Origin: Planctomycetota bacterium
GTDB lineage: Bacteria > Planctomycetota > Brocadiia > Brocadiales > Bathyanammoxibiaceae
Reading direction: 5' to 3'
Assembly (NCBI GenBank): GCA_016209685.1
Contig: JACQVQ010000012.1
Span: forward strand, 823 to 64,822
Length of the DNA: 64,000 bases
Shown: positions 50,788-58,650 of the stretch, in pieces
Position numbering within the stretch: position 1 is the stretch's first letter
How the letters are laid out: every line of letters starts with the position of its first letter
Made by a program: the position numbers and the translations under genes
The notes under the pieces: generated by a model
Told to the model about the DNA's origin: nothing
The model's input: only the letters and a program-made list of their open reading frames with translations
Databases searched by the model: none

Positions 50788-50967
50788 GTAGGGACAGACC
50801 TTTAGGTCTGTCCATTATTATTTCCCCTCTAGAAAGAGGGGATAAAGGGGTGTGTACTTTACCCTGCACCCTTGTGGTGCAGGGCCTACCCCCTAGTTCA
50901 TGTAGGGTGCGTTGTAACGCACCATTTATATTTTCCCGTTCTCAACTAGCGGTGCGTCCAGACGCAC
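50788..50967. repeat. cluster of five different palindromic REP-type units
   Basis: GTAGGGACAGACCTTTAGGTCTGTCC (50788); CCCCTCTAGAAAGAGGGG (50824); CCCTGCACCCTTGTGGTGCAGGG (50862); GTAGGGTGCGTTGTAACGCACC (50902); GGTGCGTCCAGACGCAC (50951). Confidence 0.8.
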
Positions 50968-50976
50968 TTCACTTTA

Positions 50977-51084
50977 CTTTCCAAAAAGTTCAGGAGTAAG
51001 ACAATAATAGCCACCTTCACGGGAGGGCCGACCATGGAGACGGTAGTGGAGGTATTGGCCCAGTATCAAGTGCCCAACTATTAG
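50977..51084 (+). pseudogene. 35-codon fragment of an ADP-forming acetyl-CoA synthetase gene
   Basis: Hand translation LSKKFRSKTIIATFTGGPTMETVVEVLAQYQVPNY-stop. 92 of 105 nt are identical to the reverse complement of 55302-55406 inside the intact gene. Confidence 0.8.
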
Positions 51085-51788
51085 CCACCTAATGCCTTCA
51101 TCCAACCTTCACCGATTTTTATATTAGCCTTCATCTCCTCCTGTCTCATTTCCTGCTCCAACTCCGTCAGCTTTGTCAGAGTTGAACGTACCATGTTTGT
51201 GCGAACCTTCTGCCCTTCTATGGCCTCTAGAAAACTCGCAACGTCTCTCCCGTATCCTAACAACCCCTCTCTATGCTTCCCATACGAGCTAATGAAGGCC
51301 TCTGTGGATTCCTTCCGCTTCTCGGCCAGTTCCACAAGCTTTTGGAAGGCATCGTCCCTTTTTTTCTGCATCTCTATTTGGCGGGCTATGTACACCTTCC
51401 TCTCATCTTCACCCCCAGCCTTTCGTGCACGTCTTTCGGCTTCCACTACCTGGGTACAATAATAGTGCTGCGAAATGTCAAGATATAAGAGGGTTCTATC
51501 GGCAAGCCTCTCCTCTGGAGACGACTTTACACCAATTTGTCCAGAGGCACCCGCATAGCCTCCCCCAAGGCTTACCTCCACACCGAGTCGGGTTTCTTTT
51601 ACATATCTTTTGCATTTCCCCCACATAGCGGATTCTCCGAGCCGTTTGGCAATATTAAACGTTATCCACCAGCTTAAAGCGGTCTCTTCCTCTACAGGCT
51701 TAGACAACGACCACAAATAATCTTTTGGCAAATTACTTCTTTCTACTGGTAATTGCAAGAATTTTTCAGGTATAATTATCCGCCCCAT
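51081..51788 (-). CDS. hypothetical protein with charged coiled-coil C-terminal half
   Basis: 235-aa ORF with no motif I recognise. Its stop overlaps the stop of the acd fragment. Confidence 0.5.
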   Translation of the reverse strand: MGRIIIPEKFLQLPVERSNLPKDYLWSLSKPVEEETALSWWITFNIAKRLGESAMWGKCKRYVKETRLGVEVSLGGGYAGASGQIGVKSSPEERLADRTLLYLDISQHYYCTQVVEAERRARKAGGEDERKVYIARQIEMQKKRDDAFQKLVELAEKRKESTEAFISSYGKHREGLLGYGRDVASFLEAIEGQKVRTNMVRSTLTKLTELEQEMRQEEMKANIKIGEGWMKALGG

Positions 51789-51857
51789 AGAATCCTCCCA
51801 ATCCCCCCTTTGGAAAAGGGGGAGGTAGGGGGGATTGAACGCTGGACTCCATAAAAA

Positions 51858-52616
51858 TCAAGGCCCTCTGCCCAATCTAATCGCACCCTTTGAATAACTG
51901 GGTACGAGGTCGTAGATTCCCACCCGGCCGCAGAAGTCAACATCTCTTTTCATACCTAGTTCTATGAGGTGTCTGCCGTGGGTGGAGTCAAGGAGGGCCT
52001 GGTGGGGGTTGTCCTTGTAGTGGAGATAGGTAACATGGGCAAGGCGGGCGGAATCTGGTAGGGGCGTATGGCCATACGCCCCTACAAGCCTGTGTATCAG
52101 CATCCCCCCGCAGACGACGTCCTCCAGGGATACCTCCCCGTTAGTCCCGGAGAGGGCCAGGTGTACGTCCTCCCCCTTTGTGACCAGGTATTCTGCTACT
52201 GCCGGAAGGTTGAGGAGGCTGCAAATAAGCACCTCTTTTGGCTTCCCTAAACGTGTAATGGTGTTCAAATTTTTGGTGCAATTAGTGGTGGTGAAGAGGA
52301 TATCTTTGCCCTCTACTACCTCACGGGGATACTCCAGTGGTGAATTCCCCAGTTGGAACCCCTTTATCCTCAGCCCTCCCCTCTCGCCCCCGAGGATTAC
52401 CCTGTCACGTCCCAACTCCCTGGCCTTCTGCAGACACCCCCTCACAGAGGCAAAGGGGTATATGGCCCTGCACCCCTGGGAGAGGGCATGGGTAATGGTA
52501 GAACAGGCCCTGAGGACGTCTATGACCACGACCCTCGCCCCATTCCAATAGGTAAGGGCGGGTTTAAAACCCGCCCCTACCAGTTCCGAAGGGTTGAAAG
52601 TGAGGGTTATTTTCAC
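51858..52616 (-). CDS. comB: 2-phosphosulfolactate phosphatase (ComB) family protein
   Basis: VVVIDVLRACSTITHALSQGCRAIYPF matches the ComB N-terminal signature. Start placed at GTG 52616, because the longer ORF runs into a heptamer element. Confidence 0.7.
   Translation of the reverse strand: MKITLTFNPSELVGAGFKPALTYWNGARVVVIDVLRACSTITHALSQGCRAIYPFASVRGCLQKARELGRDRVILGGERGGLRIKGFQLGNSPLEYPREVVEGKDILFTTTNCTKNLNTITRLGKPKEVLICSLLNLPAVAEYLVTKGEDVHLALSGTNGEVSLEDVVCGGMLIHRLVGAYGHTPLPDSARLAHVTYLHYKDNPHQALLDSTHGRHLIELGMKRDVDFCGRVGIYDLVPSYSKGAIRLGRGP
52552..52580. repeat. REP-like palindrome in frame near the comB 5' end
   Basis: Minus strand reads GTAGGGGCGGGTTTTAAACCCGCCCTTAC and encodes VGAGFKPALT. 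Confidence 0.75.
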
Positions 52617-52627
52617 GCCTTTTAAAC

Positions 52628-52803
52628 AGGGGATAGGGACAGTAAGCAGAAATCCAAATGCCAAAATCCAAATGCCTAATGAAGTCCAAAATCCAAATTC
52701 CAAATTTGACATTTAGGCTTTGACATTTGGATTTCATTTGAACTTTGGACTTTGGCATTTTGCATTTCTAATCCTGCCTACTGCCTACTATTTCTAGCCC
52801 CTA
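52628..52803. repeat. nested heptamer-periodic hairpin (G-rich/CAGTAGG outer layer, AAATCCA/AAATGCC inner layer), ~25 units
   Basis: AAATCCA AATGCCA AAATCCA AATGCCT AATGAAG TCCAAAA TCCAAAT TCCAAAT TTGACAT TTAGGCT TTGACAT TTGGATT TCATTTG AACTTTG GACTTTG GCATTTT GCATTTC. Confidence 0.85.
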
Positions 52804-53229
52804 CACCTTGGCCAGCTTCTCTTGCAGGAGTTTCTTGAAGGTATCAAACCTGGCCTTGATGTACTCAAAGACCTGCTCATTCATGCCAGCTTCAAAGACC
52901 CTGATTGAGAGCCTTAAGACGGCCCTGCCTTCTTTTATCTTCCTGGGACGGAAGCAGACCTTTGACCTCTCGGCCATATTCACGAATTCCAACAGGTTCT
53001 CAATAACGTAGTCATACGTGCGCTCTGGCACAAATACCCAGCTATAGAAGTCGTAAAAAGGCATGTCGGCATGTTTCTCACAGGAGAGATATTGAGGGCT
53101 ACTACCCAGCCTGGAGGACTGGTATTTCCAGGTTATCTGTTCCACGCCTGACTCCTCCCCCCAGGAAAACTCCTCCTCCGTTACGTCCATCCCCAGGGGC
53201 TCGGCCCATCTCTTCAGTTCGTCGTACAT
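52801..53229 (-). CDS. hypothetical protein
   Basis: 142-aa ORF in an operon-like position between the DRTGG protein gene and comB. No recognised motif. Confidence 0.5.
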   Translation of the reverse strand: MYDELKRWAEPLGMDVTEEEFSWGEESGVEQITWKYQSSRLGSSPQYLSCEKHADMPFYDFYSWVFVPERTYDYVIENLLEFVNMAERSKVCFRPRKIKEGRAVLRLSIRVFEAGMNEQVFEYIKARFDTFKKLLQEKLAKV

Positions 53230-53271
53230 TTGATTATTATCCTATAATACCCGACAGAACAAAACCAGTCC

Positions 53272-53299
53272 GTAGGGGCGAACGGCCGTTCGCCCCTAC
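53272..53299. repeat. GTAG-headed REP-like palindrome (third copy of GCGAACGGCCGTTCGC unit)
   Basis: GTAGGGGCGAACGGCCGTTCGCCCCTAC. Confidence 0.9.
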
Positions 53300-53303
53300 C
53301 CGG

Positions 53304-54419
53304 CTACTGTCTACCCCTCAGTCCCAGCTTCTCGTAAAAAAGGGGGAAGTCTATCTCCCTGTTTACCACCTCGCGTATCCTCGGCAGTTTGGCCTCGCTC
53401 CACCTCTGGAGATGGCTGGAGAGGCTGTCACAGGTCTCCACGGCCGTGGCGGTATCCACCTTTACTACTATCACGGGGATGCGGTTCTCCCTGGCACGGC
53501 TGAGGATGGACTCACTGGGATAGAACCCCCCTGTAAGGATGAGGCATCTGGTCGGGGTCTCCAGTGCCGCCAGTTGTATGTCGCTCCTGTCACCACCCGT
53601 AATGACCGCCTTATTAGCCACCCTGCGGAAGTACTTGAGTGCGCTCTCCACGTTCATAGCCCCCACCATTATATGCTCCACCAGTTCCTCTCCACCTGAG
53701 GCGGATTCCTCCCCGCAAAGGACTTCCCCTTCCAGTACCTTTACTAACTCACGTATGGGTACTGCCCCTATCAGCGGGTCCTTTGGGATTACCCCCAGGG
53801 TATCTATCCCTTTAGATTTAAGATAGGGCGTCACCACCTCCTTTATATGTCTCACCTTGGCAGGCGGGATGAGGTTAAAAATCACACCCAAGAGCTTATC
53901 CTCCAATACCTCCCTGGCGTGTAGAAAGGCATCTAAGGTCTCCAATGTGTCCCCAAATTTATCCACCAGTACGACCCTCCCCCTGGTCTCTGCCACAAAA
54001 TCTACCATTGAAAGACCCACCGTGGTGCCGCTATCCAGCCCCCCTAAGGCATGGACCAGGAGGATATCCTTATCTCTGGAAAGTCTATTGAAGTTCTCCA
54101 TAACCTTCTGTCTCACCAGCGGCTTCTTAGCCGGGGGTCCACCTGTAGTGGATGCCGCTTCTCTCAAGAGACCACTAAGTACCTCCTCAGTAATCACCAC
54201 CGGGCATATTGAGTCCAGGGGTTCTTCTGTTGCAATGGCCCTCTTGAGAAAGACCGCATCTTCGTCCACAAGGACGCCCTCCACCCTGGTGGGTAAGGCC
54301 CCGAGGGGTTTAAAGAACCCCATCCTGAAGCCATCCTCTTTGAACCTCAGCCCTACCCCCAGCCATATCAGACTCTTGCCTGAGAATTCTGTAACAGAAC
54401 CTATAACTACGGGGATCAT
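53304..54419 (-). CDS. phosphotransacetylase-N-terminal-like protein (P-loop-like AAA_26 plus DRTGG domains)
   Basis: SGKSLIWLGVGLRFKEDGFRMGFFKPLG N-terminus and AVITGGDRSDIQLAA DRTGG motif. No catalytic PTA domain. Confidence 0.7.
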   Translation of the reverse strand: MIPVVIGSVTEFSGKSLIWLGVGLRFKEDGFRMGFFKPLGALPTRVEGVLVDEDAVFLKRAIATEEPLDSICPVVITEEVLSGLLREAASTTGGPPAKKPLVRQKVMENFNRLSRDKDILLVHALGGLDSGTTVGLSMVDFVAETRGRVVLVDKFGDTLETLDAFLHAREVLEDKLLGVIFNLIPPAKVRHIKEVVTPYLKSKGIDTLGVIPKDPLIGAVPIRELVKVLEGEVLCGEESASGGEELVEHIMVGAMNVESALKYFRRVANKAVITGGDRSDIQLAALETPTRCLILTGGFYPSESILSRARENRIPVIVVKVDTATAVETCDSLSSHLQRWSEAKLPRIREVVNREIDFPLFYEKLGLRGRQ

Positions 54420-54437
54420 TTTCGCCTCCTTGGAGGA

Positions 54438-54500
54438 ATTGTAAAATGAAGATTGAAAATTTTAAATTTAAAATTTCCAATTTTCAATTTTCAATTTTAT
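54438..54500. repeat. heptamer-periodic hairpin element (TTGAAAA/TTTTCAA flavour)
   Basis: ATTGTAAAATGAAGATTGAAAATTTTAAATTTAAAATTTCCAATTTTCAATTTTCAATTTT. Confidence 0.8.
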
Positions 54501-56594
54501 TTAACCTGGCGCCAGTGTTATCCTGGCATCAATGGCTACGGTGCCTCCGGGTAAGACGGCCAGGGGGTTTATGTCTAACTCCAGTATCTCGGTGAAATCC
54601 ATGACCAGTTGGGAGAGCCTCTGAAGGGCCTCTACCACGGCCTTCAGGTCCACCGGACGCTCTCCCCTGGCACCCTTCAGTACGGCGTAGGCCCTCGTCT
54701 CCTTTATCATCTCCCATGCCTCCGCATCGGTGATGGGCGCCACCCTGAAGGAGACGTCTCTTAGTACCTCCACGTATATCCCACCGAGGCCGAACATGAG
54801 TAGAGGTCCAAACTGAGGGTCTTTCACGGCGCCCAGGATGACCTCCTTTCCTCCCCTCACCATCTCCTGTACAAAGGCCCCATGGATATGGGCCTCTGGC
54901 ATCCTCTTCCTCACCCTTTCCATCATCTCCTCAAAGGCCCTCCCCGCCTCTTCCGGGCTGTTGAGGCCCAGTCTCACCCCACCTACGTCTGATTTGTGGA
55001 GGATATCGGGAGAGGCGACCTTTAGCACCACTGGACAACCCACCTCCTGGGCCGTCCTGACGGCCGAATCCTTATCGGTAACAAGGAAACTCCTGGGCAG
55101 TGAAAACCCATAGGCGGCGATGACCTGTCTTGCCTCCGCCTCCGCCAGGTTAAGGTGCCCCTCCTGTCGGGCCTTCCGTAATACCTCTTCCACCGTCCGC
55201 CTGTCTCCGCTAAAGTCCAATGGACGCTCCGTAGACCTTTCCATCCACTGTCTCTGGAGGTGCATGGCCTCCAGCACGGCTACTGCCCTCTCGGGAAAGG
55301 GATAATTAGGCACCTGATGCTGGGCTAGTACCTCCACTGCCGTCTCCATGGTCGGCCCCCCCATGAAAGTGGCTATTACTGTCTTACTCCTAAACTTCTT
55401 GGAAAGTTCTCCAACCACCCTGGCCACCTCCTCCCCCTTTATGACTGCCTGAGGGGCATTTATGGCAATCACCCCCTGTACGCCTTCGTCCTTGAGTACC
55501 TTTTCCATGGCCACACGATATATGTCTTCCTTAACGCCCCCCGTAATATCCACGGGGTTATATAAACTGGCAATAGGGGGGAGACATGCCCTCAGGCTAT
55601 CTACGGTCTCTCTGGAGAAGGAGGCCATGCGTAGGCTGGAACGTTCAACGGCATCGGCGGCCAGGATGGCTGGCCCACCCGCATTGGAAAAGATGGCCAC
55701 CTGAGGCCCCACGGGAATCTCCTGGGTGCTCAAGGCATGGGCTACGCCGAAGAGGTCTTCCAGGGTCTCTGCCCTCAGGATACCTGACTGTTTGAAAGCG
55801 GCCCTGAAGGCGTTGTCCGAGCCGGCGAGACTGCCTGTGTGAGAGCCTACGGCCCTGGCACCCGCTCCTGTGCTCCCTGACTTGATGATAACCACAGGCT
55901 TCTTCCTGGTCACCCGCCTTGCTACCTCCATAAAGGCCCTGCCGTCCTTTATCCCTTCTATGTAGCCGAGGATTACCCGGCACTCCGGGTCATCAGCGAA
56001 GGCCTCCAGGAGGTCCACCTCGCTTATGTCCATATTGTTCCCCATACTTACAAACTTGGAGAAGCCCATGTGTTGGGTCTGCGCCCAGTCCAGGATGGCG
56101 GTACAGATGGCCCCAGACTGGGAGAAGAAGGCGATGTCACCCCTTGGGGGAGGATTGGCGGCAAAGGTGGCATTGAGTCTTTGATAGGTGTTAATCACCC
56201 CAAGACAGTTAGGACCTATGACCTTGATACGGTGACTCCTTGCCAGCCTGGCTAGTTCCCTCTCCCTTTCGGCCCCCTCCCTGCCGCTCTCCTTAAAACC
56301 ACCGCTTATTATAACGGCGGAGTCTATGCCCTTCTGTCCACACTCATCTATGGCCTGGAGGCAGAGTTCGGCGGGGAGTACCAGTACTGCCAGTTCCACG
56401 CTATCCTCTACCGCCTTCACACCAGGGTAGGCCTTCAGGCCCAGGATACTGTCTGCCTTGGGGTTGATTGGATAGACCTTTCCCGGGAAGCCGTACTGGA
56501 GGATATTCTTTAAGATGCCGTGTCCGAGTTTGTATTCCTCCCTGGCCGCCCCTATTACTGCTATGGAGCGTGGCTGGAAGAAGTGTTCTAGCAT
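54501..56594 (-). CDS. acd: ADP-forming acetyl-CoA synthetase (fused CoA-binding/ligase and ATP-grasp domains)
   Basis: 697 aa. N-terminal PRSIAVIGA...GFPGKVYPINPK CoA-binding domain, a succinyl-CoA-synthetase-like middle region, and a C-terminal ATP-grasp (VVLKVASPDILHKSDVGGV). Confidence 0.85.
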   Translation of the reverse strand: MLEHFFQPRSIAVIGAAREEYKLGHGILKNILQYGFPGKVYPINPKADSILGLKAYPGVKAVEDSVELAVLVLPAELCLQAIDECGQKGIDSAVIISGGFKESGREGAERERELARLARSHRIKVIGPNCLGVINTYQRLNATFAANPPPRGDIAFFSQSGAICTAILDWAQTQHMGFSKFVSMGNNMDISEVDLLEAFADDPECRVILGYIEGIKDGRAFMEVARRVTRKKPVVIIKSGSTGAGARAVGSHTGSLAGSDNAFRAAFKQSGILRAETLEDLFGVAHALSTQEIPVGPQVAIFSNAGGPAILAADAVERSSLRMASFSRETVDSLRACLPPIASLYNPVDITGGVKEDIYRVAMEKVLKDEGVQGVIAINAPQAVIKGEEVARVVGELSKKFRSKTVIATFMGGPTMETAVEVLAQHQVPNYPFPERAVAVLEAMHLQRQWMERSTERPLDFSGDRRTVEEVLRKARQEGHLNLAEAEARQVIAAYGFSLPRSFLVTDKDSAVRTAQEVGCPVVLKVASPDILHKSDVGGVRLGLNSPEEAGRAFEEMMERVRKRMPEAHIHGAFVQEMVRGGKEVILGAVKDPQFGPLLMFGLGGIYVEVLRDVSFRVAPITDAEAWEMIKETRAYAVLKGARGERPVDLKAVVEALQRLSQLVMDFTEILELDINPLAVLPGGTVAIDARITLAPG

Positions 56595-56617
56595 GGCTGT
56601 CGGGACCTCCTACCTCT

Positions 56618-56715
56618 GAATGCGGAGTGCGGAATGCAGAATGCGGAATTAAATTCCGCACTCCGCACTCCCCATTCCGCACTCGGAACGCATTCCGAAT
56701 TCCGCACTTTGAATG
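56618..56715. repeat. heptamer-periodic hairpin element (GAATGCG flavour), 14 units
   Basis: GAATGCG GAGTGCG GAATGCA GAATGCG GAATTAA ATTCCGC ACTCCGC ACTCCCC ATTCCGC ACTCGGA ACGCATT CCGAATT CCGCACT TTGAATG. Confidence 0.9.
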
Positions 56716-57645
56716 TTACAGTTCCCTCACTTTTATCCTGGGCACGAGTCTCTCTACGTCCTCCTTGTGGCAGAGTTCGGTGCCGGGGGAAAGTGTGGCG
56801 GCAGTGCCTGCGGCGGTAGCAAATACGGCGGCCTCCTTTAGAGACCTCCCCTGTGACAGGCTCAGCACCAGCCCCGCAAGGGCAGAGTCTCCAGCGCCAA
56901 CGGCACTGATTACCCTTACCCTCGGTGGGATACAATGGACGGCAATCCCCTCACTGACCAGGACCAGCCCCTTTTCTCCAAGTGTTACAACCACAATCTC
57001 TACCCCTGCCCCATTAAGTCCCCTTGCAACGGAGAGGATATCACTCAGGCCCTTTACATCCCTCCCTGCCAGCCTGCTCAATTCATGGATATTGGGTTTA
57101 ATGACGTGGGGTTTGGCCTCAAGACCCAACCTCAGGGGTTCGTCATCGGCATCCAGTACGGCCTTACCCCCCTGATTGACGACTACTTTTATGAACTGGG
57201 CATAAATATTGGGGGTTATACACCTGGGGAGACTACCCCCCATGACTACAAAGCTGGGGGCTGGACACAGACGTGCAACCTTGTTGTAAATGGCGGCCAC
57301 GTCCTGGGGTCTCACCTCCGGGCCAGGGGCCCTGAGGAGCATCTGCTTTTTAGTTGAACAATCCTTTACTATGATATTGGTACGGACCTCCTCAGCTATC
57401 GTGATAAAATCGCAGGTAATACCCTCATTGATAAGGCGTCCCTGGAGTTCAAGCCCGCTAAACCCCCCCACAAGGCCCAGGGCAATGCTCTGGCCGCCCA
57501 GTTCTTTTATGGCCCTGGAGACGTCTATGCCCTTCCCACCCGCATAGGTTGCCTCGACCTTTATGCGGTTCAGGTCATCAAATTTTAATTCTTCTACAAA
57601 GACCGCCCTATCAAGGGCAGGGTTGAGGGTAACCGTGTATATCAT
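56716..57645 (-). CDS. PfkB-family sugar-phosphate kinase (1-phosphofructokinase-like)
   Basis: MIYTVTLNPALDR N-terminus, GGKGIDVSRA, C-terminal AVGAGDS motif. ATG 57645 preferred over TTG 57654. Confidence 0.8.
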   Translation of the reverse strand: MIYTVTLNPALDRAVFVEELKFDDLNRIKVEATYAGGKGIDVSRAIKELGGQSIALGLVGGFSGLELQGRLINEGITCDFITIAEEVRTNIIVKDCSTKKQMLLRAPGPEVRPQDVAAIYNKVARLCPAPSFVVMGGSLPRCITPNIYAQFIKVVVNQGGKAVLDADDEPLRLGLEAKPHVIKPNIHELSRLAGRDVKGLSDILSVARGLNGAGVEIVVVTLGEKGLVLVSEGIAVHCIPPRVRVISAVGAGDSALAGLVLSLSQGRSLKEAAVFATAAGTAATLSPGTELCHKEDVERLVPRIKVREL

Positions 57646-57671
57646 AAGAATCAAACCGTTGAAAGGTTCAC

Positions 57672-57815
57672 CTGATTACTGATTGCTGATTAGAGCTTAC
57701 ACCTGGGTACGTAGGCTTTCAAGTGCAAAAAGGGGGCTAGGGATTAGGGAAATCCAAATTCCAAAGCTCAAATGTCGAAAATCAGCAATCAGCTATCAGG
57801 AATCAGCAAGCTGAC
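57672..57815. repeat. heptamer-periodic hairpin (CTGATTR arms) enclosing G-rich and AAATCCA units
   Basis: CTGATTACTGATTGCTGATTAGAGC ... GGGGCTAGGGATTAGGGAAATCCAAATTCCAAAGC ... AATCAGCAATCAGCTATCAGGAATCAGCAAG. Confidence 0.75.
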
Positions 57816-57996
57816 TGCGACAGCTTATCCATTTCCTTGCCCTCCTTTGCTACACGAAATGCGATTGAGGGCTACAAAAAATGTAGGTTTTATGTGGGGC
57901 GCATCTGGATACCCCCACATACCTCCCAACAAAATCAGTCTTACAAAGTACCTAAGCCCCTTTGCCACAAAGAGATATTTTATATACTGGCCTGCA

Positions 57997-58024
57997 GTAG
58001 GGTCAATTCGCGAATTGCCCCTAC
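57997..58024. repeat. GTAG-headed REP-like palindrome
   Basis: GTAGGGTCAATTCGCGAATTGCCCCTAC. Confidence 0.75.
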
Positions 58025-58038
58025 CTTTATCTTCCTTT

Positions 58039-58053
58039 TGGCACGCCATTTGT
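58039..58053 (+). promoter_or_regulatory. possible sigma54 (-24/-12) promoter upstream of the response regulator gene
   Basis: TGGCACG-ccat-TTGT, against the consensus TGGCACG-N4-TTGC. Lies about 110 nt upstream of ATG 58162. Confidence 0.3.
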
Positions 58054-58161
58054 TAATTTTGCTGGTGGAACACACTTAGGTTAGAAAAAATCTTGCTGTC
58101 CACACCTTAATCTGGTAAAAGTGGCGTGTTACAAGGCACCATTGAGAAAAAGGAGAAACTG

Positions 58162-58626
58162 ATGATAACATCCAATAATAAAAATACACCCGCTACAAAA
58201 AAGATACTTATCGTAGACGACGAAGAGCCTATAAGGTTTGCGTTAAGCACTATCCTTACAGAGCATGGCCATGAAGTAGACGCATGTGAGACCGGGGGGG
58301 CGGGCCTGGAGAAGTTGATGGAGAAGGCCTATAACCTCATACTCCTGGACTATAACCTTCCGGACATGGATGGCCTGAGGGTGGCCCAGAGGGCAAGGGA
58401 GCTAGATAAAGACGTAAGCATAGTCTTCATTAGTGCCTATGGGACCACAGACGTCATCCTGAGGGCAGTAAGGCTAGGAGCCTTTGATTTTATTGAGAAA
58501 CCAATTCATAGCGAGGAACTCTTCTCTTCCATAGACCGTTGGGCTACCAGCCGCAAAGAGGCAGTGGAAAAGACACTGGAAAAGGTAAGAAAGGCCCTTA
58601 CTGCCGACTTAAACCCAGTCCCTTAA
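58162..58626 (+). CDS. single-domain response regulator (CheY-like receiver)
   Basis: KILIVDDEEPIR...LILLDYNLPDMDG...ISAYG receiver motifs. ATG 58162 follows AGGAGA. Confidence 0.85.
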   Translation: MITSNNKNTPATKKILIVDDEEPIRFALSTILTEHGHEVDACETGGAGLEKLMEKAYNLILLDYNLPDMDGLRVAQRARELDKDVSIVFISAYGTTDVILRAVRLGAFDFIEKPIHSEELFSSIDRWATSRKEAVEKTLEKVRKALTADLNPVP

Positions 58627-58650
58627 AGGCAGGAGAAAGTAGGAAGTCAA

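Noticed and set aside
53693-53713. CCACCTGAGGCGGATT inside the DRTGG-protein gene as another in-frame REP insertion
   Set aside because: The stem is imperfect (CCACC versus GGCGG) and only 13 nt long, so it could be chance similarity to the CCGCCTGAGGCGG unit.
56468-57175. 235-aa plus-strand ORF
   Set aside because: It runs through the GAATGCG heptamer element and then antisense to the PfkB kinase gene. It is low-complexity Pro/Ser-rich.
57772-58079. Three overlapping 74-94-aa ORFs in the pfkB / response-regulator intergenic region
   Set aside because: They are mutually overlapping on both strands, cross REP and heptamer repeats, and have no RBS. The region is better explained as a repeat-rich regulatory spacer.
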